Assembly: GCA_002269645.1 (NCBI GenBank) | Contig: NIVC01000438.1 | Span: 349,379 to 413,378 of the forward strand | DNA from: Macrostomum lignano | Lineage: Eukaryota | Reading direction: 5' to 3' | Length of the DNA: 64,000 nucleotides | Shown here: in pieces, positions 1 to 12,953 of the stretch | Layout: each line of letters begins with the position of its first letter | Numbering within the stretch: position 1 is the first letter of the stretch | Made by a program: the position numbers and the translations under genes | Notes under the pieces: generated by a model | The model's input: the letters and a program-made list of their open reading frames with translations, nothing else | Database searches by the model: none | What the model was told of the DNA's origin: nothing

Positions 1-205
1 GAGTGTCAGCTGTTGGGCAGCCTCCCAGATCCTCAGTTGCTGGGCCAGCCTTCCAGATCCTGAATGTCAGTTTCTGGGCCAGCCTCCAAGATCCTCAGTT
101 GCTAGGCCAACAGCCTCCCAGATCGTCGGTTGCTTGGCCAACAGCCTCCTAGATCCTCAGTTGCTTGGACCACCAGCCTCCCAGATCCTCAGTTGCTGGG
201 CCAGT
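1..205. repeat. ~28-31 bp minisatellite (cagcctcccagatcctcagttgctgggc), same family as 56570-57390
   Basis: Tandem degenerate copies are directly visible; the reverse complement of the unit forms the ACOT8 intron array. Confidence 0.9.
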
Positions 206-223
206 ACTAAGCATTGATCTCAC

Positions 224-3200
224 ATGAACAAGGCTCCCAAAATCCCATTTGAATCCCTACAGCAAGCCCTGTCAGTTCTGGCCCGCAACTCGGAACACCA
301 GTACGGCATCACCAAGGACCAGCAGTACTACGCCAAAGCCCTAGCATTCGATCGCGCCGCAGCTTGTCTGAAAAGTCTCCAACAACCGCTATTATCAATC
401 AGTCAGCTGACCGACAGCTGTCCTCGATACATTGGCGATCACGCTATTCGGATTATCACAGAACTGTTAAACACGGGCGCGTCAGCTGAAGTTGATGCTG
501 TGACAGGCTCGGACCTGTACCAGTGCATGACTAATCTCACAGCTGTCTATGGGGTTGGTCAAGCGTTAGCCTACAAATGGTACAGCTGTGGGGTCAAGTC
601 GGTCTCCGATGCTACTCATCGATTGTTGCGCCATCATGAGTGTGGCGAAGGTCAACAACAGAAGAGAGACAGTGAACTTGTTGCCTTGCTTCCCATGGGA
701 GGCGGTGATCACAAGTGAGTGCGTTTGATTGGTTGAACTCTGCTTGACGCGTCTAATGATGTTTTGATAGCTCAAGAAGACGTATGTAGCTTCACAAATA
801 CCAAGCTTCAAAAATAGTAAATTCATTCACACACACTAAGATTCAAAAACACTGAGATTCACACACACTAAGATTCACAAACACTGAAATTCACACACAC
901 TAAGATTCACAAACACTGAAATTCACACACACTACGATTCACAAACGCTTAACTTCACAAATACTAAGATTCACAAACACTGAGATTCACAAACACTACG
1001 ATTCACAAACGCTGAACTTCACAAACACTAAGATTCTCAATCGCTAAGCTTCACAAATACTAAACTTCACAAACACTGAGTTTCACAAACACTAATATTC
1101 ACAAACGCCAAGCTTCACAAACACTACGATTCACAAACGCTGAACTTCACAAACACTAAGATTCTCAATCGCTAAACTTCACAAACACTGATATTCACAA
1201 ACCTTTTCAACCACTACATGTATTTGATTGACAAAGACCTTATTCAGCCTCCCGTATTTTCCATTTCACAGGCGTCTTCAAACAGGCCTAGCCTTTCACA
1301 ACGATCTCGTCAACAAGCCTGTAGCACTTGCTGAAGCCAGCTATTTTCGCGATTTAATTGCAAAACTGCTACTGGAACTACGAGGCCCCGGATTCACAGT
1401 CACCTTAGTTGGCGGTTTCAGTCGAGGCAAATCAACCGGTCACGATTGCGACTTGTTAATTACTCACGATGTCGAAGGCAGAGAGGCTGGAGCTGTGTCC
1501 GACTTGGCCAGAGTTTTGACAGCTGCCGGGATGGTGATACACGGCACATTTGAAGCTAACAGCTTCAGTCCGTCAGTTTTGAGTAGAGATTTTAGAGTGA
1601 AAGAGTTGAGATCTACGTTGGATCATTTCGAAAAATGGTTAGGCGTTATTAAACTGTCTAGCAGGGATGCTGATTCATCAACTGTAGACCGCGATGTCGA
1701 ATCGATTATGGCCAAGATCGACGGGAACGGCTGCGACAGGCGGGGCGAGGGGCTACCAGCAGCGAAACGGCGAGCCCTATCGCCTAACTATTGCGCGTTT
1801 GATAGCTTTGCCGAGGCTGTGGCTATGGCTGGCGGTGAGGTGAGTGGCTTCTGCTGTGCCTGTACTGTCTGGGATGTGCTGGATTGCTAATCTAGCCAGT
1901 ATATGATCAACTAGAATAGAATGGATTGCTAATCTAGCCAATCACAGATCAATTAGAATGGAATTAATTTTATAATCTAGCCAATCACAGATCAATTGGA
2001 ATAGAATGGAATCAGGCATGAAATTTGTTTAACTATAAAAAATTATGTTTTTTAATTCGGTTATTTTTTTCGTTCTACTAGCAGTAGACGCTAGGAATAT
2101 TTGCTGTATTTTTCTCGCACATTTTTAGGCTGGCGCCGCCTCCGCTAGTCGCGGCTGGCTCGCCCGTCGCGTCGATCTGATCGCTGTGCCGCAGTCGCAA
2201 TACGCTTACGCGCTGCTCGGCTGGACTGGGAATCGATTATTTAACCGAGATTTGAGACTGTTTGCCCAACGCCAGAGACGAATGAAGTTAACTTCGCATG
2301 GCCTCTTTGATCTGCAAAAGGTTTGTCTTACGTGTCTTACGTCCTCTCTGACAAATAGAGGTTTGGAGGTAGAGGAGGGCTGATCGGGGGACATTCTGCA
2401 AAGATAAAGAGATGTAGAGAGGAGAGACTGTAGGGTAGAGGGTAGACTCTGTAGGGTAGAGAGGGGAGACTAGGGTAGAGAGGTGAGACAGTAAGGTAGA
2501 GAGGAGCGACTGTAGGGTAGAGATAGAAGACTGTAGGGTAGAGAGAGATGACTCTATGATAGAGGAGACTATATGGTAGAGAGAGGAGACTATGGGGTAG
2601 AGGTAGGAGACTGTAGGGTAGGGAGGGAAGACTAGGGTAGAGTGGAAATACTGTTGGGTAGACTGTTGGGTAGAGAGGATGGACTAAATGGTAGAGAGGA
2701 TGGACTAAAGGGTAGAGAGGATGGACTAAAGGGTAGAGAGGATGGACTAAAGGGTAGAGAGGATGGACTAAAGGGTAGAGAGGATGGACTAACTAAAGGG
2801 TAGAGATGGGAGACAAGGGTATAGATGTAAGGGGGAGAGTAGATGGCAGCTTGGATGGAGGAGACTGCAGAAAGAATTGAGTGAGTAGTCTCATGTAAGT
2901 TCCTCAATTTTTACGAGTAGTACTTGTACTTAGTTTAGTTCAGTTTCTGTCTGTCCCCATTTTCAAGTGCCAAGCAATTGCAGCTGTTGCGCACTAAAGA
3001 TTTTGTACTTTTCTTGTTTACGGCCGTCCACGCCATGTATTTGGACCTATGTTAGAATTCTCGGCATTAGGAAACTGCTTCTTTATTGATTTTTCTTGCT
3101 TTGCAAATCCTACTATATCGGTTTTTGGACTTTAAACTGCTAGAATGGACCATATTTAACATTCTCGGTAGAGAGAACTTAATGCGAAGTATTGTGGGGC

Positions 3201-4306
3201 ACTTAGTCGTTTTAGTCCAAATATGGCAAAGCTACTGTGGGAAAGGAATTAGTCGTGGAAAGAAACCTCGCAGATTGGTGTTGATAAGTCTTGGCTTAGC
3301 ATTTTCATAGTCGTGAATTTTTGAAAAATAAACTGTTGTAGTGCAAATTTTTGTATTTTTTAGATTAGTAGATGACTAACTATAGATTCTTACCTGACAG
3401 AAATTGTTAAGACGAACGATAGATAGAGAAGCAAAGAAAGTCGCAAAGATGAGGGGAAGGTTAGAGAATAGAGATGGAGGGAGGGAGATTCAAAGATAAT
3501 TGAATTGGCAGAGATGAAGAGATGGGGAAGCAAGAGATAAAGTAAGTGTAGAGATAGGTTTGCAAGAGATGAAGGGAGAGTAGAGATAGAGATGCTAGGG
3601 GGAGAGATAGAGATGAAGCGAGAGGTAGCAGAGATGAAGGGAGGGGTAGCAGAGATGAAGGGAGAAGTAGCAGAGATGAAGGGAGGGGTAGCAGAGATGA
3701 AGGGAGAAGTAGCAGAGATGAAGGGAGGGGTAGCAGAGATGAAGGGAGAAGTAGCAGAGATGAAGGGAGGGGTAGCAGAGATGAAGCGAGAGGTAGCAGA
3801 GATGAAGGGAGGGTAGCAGAGATTAAGGTAGGGGTAGCAGAGATAAAGGGAGGAGTAGCAGAGATGAAGGGAGGGTAGCAGAGATGAATGGAGGGGTAGC
3901 AGAGATGAAGCGAGAGGTAGCAGAGATGAAGGAAGGAGTAGCAGAGATGAAGGGAGGGGTAGCAGAGATGAATTGAGGAGTAGCAGAGATGAACGGAGGG
4001 GTAGCAGAGATGAAGGGAGGGGTAGCAGAGATGAAGGGAGGGGTAGCAGAGATGAAGGGAGGGGTAGCAGAGATGAAGGGAGGGGTAGCAGGGATAAGGG
4101 GATTGGCAGAGATGAATGTAGTATGGGAGAGGCAGAGTTAGCGATAGATTAAGGAGTTGGCATACATTGAAGCGGATGTGTATAATATTAAATATTAATT
4201 AACATCTGTGACATTACAGGAGGCGTCCCTGCCGGCCAGTTCAGAAGAGGAGATCTTTCAACACCTTGGCTTGGACTACATTCCTCCAAAATTCCGAAAC
4301 TGCTGA
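224..4306 (+). CDS. DNTT/POLM-like: Family X DNA polymerase, Pol mu/terminal deoxynucleotidyl transferase (TdT)-like; 4 exons seen, 5' end (BRCT exon) may lie left of the window
   Basis: Exons ~224 (or acceptor at 263)-714, 1272-1839, 2129-2320, 4220-4306 join in frame at GT-AG sites (phases 2,0,0). Motifs: 8-kDa domain ALSVLA...AFDRAAACLKSL; HhH TAVYGVGQALAYKWY; GGFSRGKSTGHDCD (two catalytic Asp plus the mu/TdT-type His); TLDHFEKW; RRVD (third Asp); ALLGWTGNRLFNRDLR; C-terminal SEEEIFQHLGLDYIPPKFRNC*. Confidence 0.93.
825..1200. repeat. ~16-bp intronic minisatellite (ctaagattcacaaaca)
   Basis: Tandem degenerate copies in intron 1 of the polymerase. Confidence 0.9.
1880..2010. repeat. ~3 copies of a 42-bp unit (ggattgctaatctagccaatcacagatcaattggaatagaat), same family as 36975-37980
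   Basis: Direct sequence match to the reverse complement of the 37-kb array. Confidence 0.85.
2400..2870. repeat. GA-rich ~19-21 bp intronic minisatellites
   Basis: gagaggagactgtagggta and gagaggatggactaaagggta tandem units. Confidence 0.85.
3590..4110. repeat. 21-bp intronic minisatellite (gtagcagagatgaagggaggg)
   Basis: More than 20 tandem copies; source of the spurious VAEMKGG ORF. Confidence 0.92.
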
Positions 4307-7300
4307 AAATACATGCATATTCCCTGTGCAGTTGCTAACTTTTATTATTTAGATTTTATCTTCTGGGTCTATTTTTGTAGTTATTTTTACGCAACGTTAT
4401 TAGTGATGCGATTTCTAAAAATTGTTCTAATAATAAAAAAATTGCTCACAGGTGCCAATAATTTATAGAGTCAATTCGTTTGCGCGTCATCTTAACAAAC
4501 CCAGGTGAGGCTGGTAATGGTCAATAAAAACATATGCAAGTCTGACGCTGGCCTCAATTTCGGTTATAATGTGCCTCAGTACTATCTTATCATCGAATGA
4601 TTTTGATAAGGCTTATCGCACCTGGCTGGATTATTTAATCGGTTTTCTCTCTCAGATAATTAGTGGGTGCTGGTTAAGACCTTGTTATAGAACTATTAGC
4701 CATTTTACAAATTTACCCAGCTGTCTTTCAGTAATAATTTTAGTAGAATCTCCAATTTGGTCGCCTATTAAATATAATTATCTGCCCGACTGTGCTAGGC
4801 TGGGAAAAATATTTAAATTGGAGTAAAATTGCATGATCAACTCGCGCGGTTGTGCAATCATCCAGTGTTCACAGGCTTATTTAATATAAGTACATAGTGG
4901 CCTGGAACGATTGCGGAATTTAGAGGGCTAGACTAGACCTAGACTAAGGAAAACAATTAAGATACTGCCAGGTTTTTTTGCAGGTTGGAGTTAGGTAAAT
5001 GTTTCGAGTCCCGGCCTTCATATTGCGTAACTAACTGTGCCAACTGGAGAGCATCTATAGGCCAAGTTAAGCTTTAGACTCGAACTTCTAACAAAGCTAT
5101 GTGTGAATATGTCTTTGTTCTTACTTTTAGTCTTTGTGTCTAAACTTGGTTTTGGGGAAACTGTTAGTCAGTCAACAGAAGGCATTATTTGTTTCTTAGG
5201 TCTGCCAGCTGGCTCAAGACCTGGAATATCATTATAAATAGAAAATCGCTGTTCACGACTGCGTCTTTGTGTCAGAAGTCAGAAATTCAAGCTGCTTTAC
5301 TTGGTCTTTGTTTCTGGACTAACTGACTGCACACGACTAATTCTTAGTCTCGTGTCTCAAATCCAGGGATAGAAGGTGAAGGCGGGACGTCATTCTACTC
5401 CCAGGCTTAAAGGGGTGAAAATAATTAGTTATACCATATAACCAGACGACGACAAAGCGGGTGATTCATTCTGAGTCACAAACAAGTCAGCATCAGCTGA
5501 TCGGTTTGGCTACTAAAATTTGTTAGCATCGCATCACATCTTTGTCTGGATTATTTGCGTTTACAAATTCATACATTGTTCGTTTATATGCTTGTTTATT
5601 TCCAGAATAAATATACTGACTATTTCTATTTTAAATTCGTCACGTAAATTCTTAAGTCTGTTAAATTTCTATTTTTATTTAATTGGTTCTAGAATATTCT
5701 ACAGACCTGGATGGTGTTCTTATCAAAAGGTGCTTATCAAATTTAATCCTTCAAAGCAGTTCGAAGTGCAACTCTGCTTGACTTGATTTTATCTTGTTTT
5801 CGAATTTAAATTTTCTCTAGGTAACTTATTGAACAGTCAATTCGAGTTCAAAGTCTAAATTTAAATTAGAGGCTCCAACTTTCGATAAGCTAAATGTACT
5901 TTTTCTCGTCTATTTTCTTGCTTCGATACAAGTCATTAGTCATCTAAGTTTCATTTTTTATTTATAACTTTACTATATACTCGTAGGATTCTGTCTTAAT
6001 GCCCCCTTCTTGATTATAAAACTAATGTTCTTGTTTAAGCAACTAAAATAAACAGCGACAAAATTAGTTAAACCCGCGGGCCGCTTGCCTCCATAATACG
6101 CGTGTCACACGCTATCTAGCCTATTTTGTCTGTTTACCCGTAGCTTTTTCTATCATTTTAGCTATTTTGCAGTAATTTAAAGTATCCTGTCATTGTCGTG
6201 TCTCCCCTTCCCCCCGCCTAACCTTAGTTTTCTTCCAGTCTTTCTCAGAAGCAGCTGATTTGTGTTTTCGCTTAGCTAGCCTGGCCTCTGCTAAAAACAA
6301 TACAATGCTATTATGCTAGCCTCAGCAGTTAGCATAGGTTTGGTAAAATTGAGATAAGTGTGGACTTGGTAGGGCTAGGAACAGCAGGGAGCCGCTGAGC
6401 CAGTTCTAGCGATCTATATTAGAAGTAATAACCTAGCCTTGCTGAACTGAGGCGGGGGTTTCATTTACGGGGCTGTAGTTAAGTAAGTAGAGGAAAAAGG
6501 AAGGAATAAAAAGCGCTGAAGCAGAACTGTATGAAGGTCTAGGCTGTCTGTAGGTCTAGGCTTTCTTGCAAAAACAAGCATAGAGAGGGCTGTGCCAGGC
6601 AAAGCAATCGTTGTTGGGTTGGGTTGGGACAGGACAGGAGAAGAGAGGCTTGACAGAAAGCGCTGGGGTAAGGGGAAGGAATTTCAAAGCTGCATTAGCC
6701 CTGTGCGTGCGTCACGAGGTTTGATTAGGAGGGTGGGCCAAGGCCTCGACCTTGAGGTTTATCATGTGACTCGGCCTCCTATTCGCTCCCAGCTGGTTAA
6801 AATGTTCTTTCTTTGCTCTACCCCCTGTCCTCTTCTATCCCCTCTCTCGTTTTCCGCTCTTAATATTTCAAGACTGTACATTGGCTCTTATTTGGTTGAA
6901 GCCTATGTACAGTCTCTCCCGCCTGGCCCTGTCTGTTTTCATCGATCCGTTTTTCACCCTCCCTCACCCTGGCTACGGGGGGGGAGAGAGAATGGAGAAC
7001 AGGGTCTATAAAATGAATTGCAGGGGTCTCGCTCCTGGCCCCTCAGCCCCAACAGTAATCATCATTGCTAAATGTGAGCCTAGGCTTTACTTACTAAGCT
7101 AAAGGAAGTGTTGTGCGTGAAGGCGTTTGCATTTTCATTCTGGTAAAGCAGTTACGATCAAAGTTGGTAAGTTTTGGGCCCCAGCTTTTTAAATATTCAA
7201 TATTTGCATTTATTAGACAGCCGCTTTTTCATCTTTAGTAGCATGCCAAAACTCAACGACCCCAACCAACTTCACCTTCACTTTTGTTGCAGGTCAACAA

Positions 7301-7499
7301 CGGTTGTGCGAATCAAATCTATAAGAAAAAAGATTTAAAAAATCGTTATATTATCAACGAAAACGTTTCTATTGATTAGCGAAGTTGTCTAAAAGCAAAA
7401 TCTCATTAGATTTATATTAATAGCGATCTAGCCAAGCATTAATATAATTAGCTTCCATATACATAATTTTTATTCTTAATTGAATCGCGCATCAGTTCA

Positions 7500-7922
7500 A
7501 TGTGCCACCAGTGTGCCACAACGAAAATGAGCAGCAACAATAATAACAAAAAGCAACAGCAGCAGCAATGCTACAATGGCAGCAGTACACAGTACTATTA
7601 TTATCAGCAGCAGCAGCAGCAGCTGCAGTATTACGCTAAGCAGGCGTCGTCTCGTTCTAGCCCGAAGGGTCGCAGTCGAACACCGCCGCAACAGCAGCAC
7701 CACCAGATGGCATATTCGCCACCAGCTAGGCAGCTGGCTGGCGGTCGGGTTCACGAGCCGCCAAGAGCCGAGGAGCTTCCAGTTCCACCCATGGATTGGT
7801 GCAACGCTATGATTGCTCAACAGCAACAACAACAGCAGCAGCAGCAGCAATTGCAGATGCAGCAGATTCAATGCGACTTGGCCAGCATGACGCTGAAACG
7901 AATGCTAAACGTATCGGCCTGA
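7500..7922 (+). CDS. PNRC: PNRC-like protein (proline-rich nuclear receptor coactivator / Dcp1-binding decapping activator motif), polyQ-rich, 140 aa
   Basis: LAGGRVHEPPRAEELPVPPMDW resembles the PNRC motif [22 protein letters not shown]; C-terminal MTLKRMLNV resembles the PNRC LKTLLKV NR-box-like helix. Small single-exon ORF with an upstream acceptor ttttgttgcag near 7292. Confidence 0.8.
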   Translation: MCHQCATTKMSSNNNNKKQQQQQCYNGSSTQYYYYQQQQQQLQYYAKQASSRSSPKGRSRTPPQQQHHQMAYSPPARQLAGGRVHEPPRAEELPVPPMDWCNAMIAQQQQQQQQQQQLQMQQIQCDLASMTLKRMLNVSA

Positions 7923-9144
7923 AGTAGACAAGACAACAGCGGAGAAACGAAACACGGGTTTGTGCTTCAACAGAATTCTTCTGTGTGCGTTTTTTCTATA
8001 CGTATCTATTTTTTGTCCTGCCATTTTTTATTTATTCTTATTTAAACATTCTTAGTCTTTACTAGTTTTGAGAGGCAAGGCTTCAGTCCTTCCGAGCTGT
8101 GCTGTCTGTGTTTTGTGTTGCTTCAGAAATCCAAGTTGCAATTTGGCTATTATTATTATTAAGAAAAAACCGAAGAGTATTCTTTTAATCTCTTCTTCTT
8201 AACCGTCTTTACTGTAATTCGGAGACTGAAGAAAAAAACAATAAAAGCCGCATTTTTTGTGGCAACCGAATTTTGCTGATTCTGTATAATCTGGAACTCT
8301 CTTCTTTACTGTACTCACTGTGTAGCGAAGCTCAGGCGCCTCTGCGATGGCGTCAAATCTATTTTATATACAAGCCGCGTATCTCTCGGTTCTTTTTTAA
8401 CTGTCACCTTCCAGTGACTTGGTTCACGAGAAGAATTGAGGAATTTGCTTGTGTTTTTATTTGGATTCTGGCGGTCGGTCGGGAATATTTTTCTCTGTTT
8501 TGTTTCTTAGAAAAATCGATTGATGACTACTTACTACTGGATTACACTACTGACAGTAGGATAAAGCAAATTTATTGCCGAACACCGCCAATCCCAATCC
8601 AATAGAAATCATCGTCATGCTTAACCATCATCATCAGCTCAGATCGCTGCCAGGCGTCTCATCCTTCAACTTTTTGTGTTGTTCATTATTGTTATTGTTG
8701 TTTTTTTGCTGAAACAGACTCAACCGGTTTCTTAAACAAACAACAAACTAATCTACACAAGCCTTCTCATTCATCATATCTTCCCAAATTCAATCATTTA
8801 GTTTTGTATGCGCATGTGAAAGATCCTATCCTAAAGTAATAATCGAATTTTAGTTCAGCAAGCTTCTCTTTCTCTCCTTTCTTGATATTTCTTGCTTTTA
8901 ATGCCTGCAACAACCGCATGCAGGGCTGAAGTAGCGGCTCGTCTCTTTTTTTGTGTTTTTGTCTCTCTGGTGCCTACAGTGTCCTTCAGTACGCTAAGCC
9001 TGTCAATCAGTTTGCTAGGCTCATATATTATTGTAATCTGCAAGCGCGTCACAACCGTATATCAATAAGTCAATCTTTGTTTGTAAGTAGTATGTGCCGT
9101 GTATGTCATTTTTACCGTATTCCTGTGCTGATGATAAGTTGTAT

Positions 9145-9268
9145 CAGGGGTCGGCAAACATAAAAAACCCAGAGCATGACTGCGGGCCAGAGAAGGGGAG
9201 GAGAGAAAAGAAAAAGGCGAGAGAAGAGACAATCTTTGAGCGGGCCGGTTCAGATTTGCCGACTTCTG
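9145..9268. mobile_element. Minimal hAT-type MITE (124 bp)
   Basis: TIRs caggggtcggcaaac ... atttgccgacttctg; 8-bp TSD agttgtat/agttatat (7/8); shares internal catgactgcgggc and gagcgggccgg with 12954-13847. Confidence 0.75.
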
Positions 9269-11599
9269 AGTTATATGCAATGCATCTATATTTTTGTTTC
9301 CAATCTCTGGCCATCTTGTCACTGTTTCAATCAGTCACTTCTGTACCGAACACCGGGGGTAGGATATGACTAATGTTGGAGAATTCTTACAGCTTAGAGA
9401 TGTCTTCAAGATGAGACGTATATACTAACTACTGACTGCACACAGTTGCTGTAATAGCTGGTCTTTCTTGTCAGTGTCTGTCTGTATTCATTGCCATCTT
9501 CATATCTCTCTATATATGTTTATCTCGCTATTTTATCCGTCTTTTTGATTGATGAAATAGAGAAAGAGAGAGAGAGAGTGTGAAAAATCATTTTAAGCCG
9601 CGTTTTTTTTGTTCTCTCTGCATTGTCCCGCCAGTTCCTCTGCCATGCCAATTCATTGTCAGGATTATTAATAATATTTCTCTTCGTTCCCCGTACTCTT
9701 ATTAAGCTTCGGCTTTGCATTTTTGTTCTCTCTCCCCCACCTCTCTCTGCGCTTGTTTCCCTGCTGTTGTAAATAAGCTTTTTATAGAATTATTAAGCCT
9801 CTCTATATGCTCGTATACTACTGACAACTTTATTTCAAGTAGGATGTAAGCAATATAATAAGTCTTCTTCCTCGTCTCCTTCATATTTTACTTGTATTTT
9901 TATTGGTATTTCTTTCAGCTTAGTGCGTAGTGTTTCAATCCTCGATATTAGTTTGGGTTCGTATTTTTCTAATCGTCTCTCGTAATTCATTAATCTCCCG
10001 TTAATAATTCATATTTTTCAGTCTAGTGTCTATACTTTGTTTATTTTTCCTTGCTTTCCTAACTTGTTGTGTTCGGCTCGGTTTCTTTTTCCGAAAAAAG
10101 CGCTGTTTTTATATCGACTCACACACAGACAGAAGTTCAAGAGACACTTTTTCTGTCCTATTATTACTATCATTATCCACTCTGTGTTGTGACTTCGCCT
10201 ATTTCTCGTTTACTGTTGTTATTCAGAGGTTAACTAAAGTACAAAATTGATTATTTAACTAAATTAATTAGCCAATATTGAACTAGAAGTAAACCAAAAT
10301 TAATCAGCTCCTGTCTCAAGTCTTGTGATGCGTCTGTGCCGCCGCCTAATAAAAGTATCTTTAATGTACTTATTGTAGTTGTTTTATTGCATTTTCACTT
10401 GATTTTATTATTATTCGTCTGTGTAATAATTCTCTTACCGTATCTTTCCTTTACCTACCTACTGTACCTGGAAATTTATCGTATCGCAGTTATTATATTC
10501 TACGAAATTCTACTTATTTTTGTTATGTAAATATTATTAGTTAGTTCCGCTTTCCCACCTGATTGAAAGCGGTGTTTCTATGGAGACAGAGAGAGATCGA
10601 TTCGATGAGCCAGCCAGACTTGCTGCTACCCTTGCTTGCGAAAAAATTTGCTGGTTAATTCTTTTTTTTTGATTGTTGTTTGTACATTTTTTACTAAAAA
10701 GAACACTTTCAGGGCACTTTTTGCCCGGCTTCGCTTGCTTTTGGGTAGTTTATATATCTATTGGTCTGTGCCGGCCTCTCGAACGCTTTGCTGTAAAATT
10801 CAGTACTGTTTCATTATTAATAACTGGCTAGGTAACTGTTTAATGTACTTGTACTTTATATGTATGTAGCGTCTTTCAATAGGTTTGTGTGCGCGGCGCA
10901 TTATTGATGACTTCGAGCTCTCAGCTGTTTATGTATCGTCAACTTTACTTATTATTATTCCTATTTCTGCGTTTGAGCACAGTCGTTAAAAATATTTACT
11001 TCGCTGCTAATTAGCTGCCTCGGTCGGAGTTCTCGGTCGGAGTTCTCGCTCGCACCTCTACTACTACCATTTTAATTAGTTTTTCTTCTAAATCCATCAA
11101 AAGTATAATAATTATGTAGTTGCCAAGCAGTCTGTTTTTTTGTTTCTGTTTACCCGCAACGGACCGCGTAGTCGTTTAATTAATGTTGATTATTTTTTAA
11201 ATCTCTGATGTCGAATAAAAACCGCAGCAATATCTTTCGTACCTGTACTCAATATTCTCTTGCACGCAATTGCTATGCTAGTATTTTACACCAGTAGAAC
11301 TACCGACCAGGCCATCCGTACTTCTGTATGTCCAATTTTTTGTTTCAGCTTTCAACTGTGTTTTTTCCTTTATTATTCAAGCTAAAAATAGCAGGCAAAA
11401 TATACACGTCAAAATTCTGTTAAAAATCAGCCTTTTCAAGACTCTAACCACCAGCTTACTGAAGTAATTGAATTTCTTGCAGTCTTGTTTGTCGCTTTAC
11501 CCTTTGTTTTATTTAATACCAATCGTTAAAACTAAAAGCACAACGCATCAGTGAGAAATTATGAACTAATATACTAATATTAGGAATCATGAACAGTCT

Positions 11600-11900
11600 G
11601 TGGTGATCAGAATAGTCTGTGGTAATGTGATTCATAAATAGTCAGTGATAATGGGAATCATGAATAGTCCGTAGGGATCATTAATGGTGGTAATGGGAAT
11701 TATGAATAGTCACTAGGGATCGTGAATAGTCAGTTGGGATCATGAACAGTCAGTGGGGATCATGAACAGTCGGTGGGGATCATGAACAGTCGGTGGGGAT
11801 TATGAACAGTCAGTGGGGATCATAAACACTCGGTGGGGATCATAAACATAAACAGTCAGTGGGGATCATGAACAGTCAGTGGGGGTCATGAACAGTCAGT
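11600..11900. repeat. 20-bp minisatellite (gggatcatgaacagtcagtg)
   Basis: Tandem copies degenerating towards the left. Confidence 0.85.
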
Positions 11901-12953
11901 AAGAATCACGGACAATTTATTGTCATGACCAACTCAAACCGATATGGCTGCTACAGATTACTAAGTATATTGGTAAACTCAGTTGCATTTTTCTGTATGT
12001 ATTCCACACTTCCTACTTGTAAGTAACTCCCGGAGGCCAACAAACTTTGAGCTGTGCATAAAAATCTGTATTGTGCTGCAAGGATATTTTTTGCACCCGA
12101 ACGGAGCAAATTTGATTAGAGGGCCTTCTCCTATCCAGTATAAGTATCAGGCCCTGTCCGTTGGAGGGTGCCACCGTCTCTTGGTAGGCAACCCCGGTCT
12201 CCTATAGGAGTATATTTGTAGTATAGCGTGCCAGAGATTGCCAAAAGTTGAGCTCGTCATTCACATTGAGCTGCATGGTTACCTCAGCTTTCAATAGGTT
12301 ATTGGAGAAGCCCAATTTTTACGGGGGTGATTGTGCGGTACTGCCATTAGAGTATCCTTTGCACGTCAAAGACTGAAAATGGTTACATTGACTACGAGGT
12401 AAGGGTTGACCAGAGTTATGTAGCAAATATTGAACTTATTGTAGGTGACCATGTACATGTACGAGTATTTACAGTTGTGACTCTTCTAATTACTAATTAC
12501 ATACATGTAGTATGTATATACTGGTGTAGAGAAAAGCTCAACAAATACATGTAGAACTCGAATGTACATGTAGGATACAGAATTGTTATCGGCGGATGCT
12601 AAGTCTCTCATGTAAAGGTGATAGCATGGTGATAGCCTGTCTGTTGTATCCAATCCTGGCAACCAAATAGTGTTTCAGGTAAAGAAAGCTTTTGTACGAG
12701 CTACATGTATAACTAGGGGTGTCGGAACCGGGGGGGGGGGGGTGGCATGGGAGGCTGGAGGCCCCCGCCCCCCACTTTTGCATGATCCTGCAAGTGCCCT
12801 TTTTGAATTTCAAGCAAGTGTCAGCCGGTTTTCGGCTTTGGCTTTTTTGAGTCTTGGAAGCTAAGGGTACCAGCGGATATAATAGTTCATGTTGTTCTCA
12901 ATCCCTCTACTACTAGAATTTTTTATCCAATGTGCCTACTAGTGCTTTTAGTG

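Noticed and set aside
8273-10869. Short hydrophobic ORFs downstream of PNRC
   Set aside because: Typical of T-rich non-coding DNA; no motifs or splice support.
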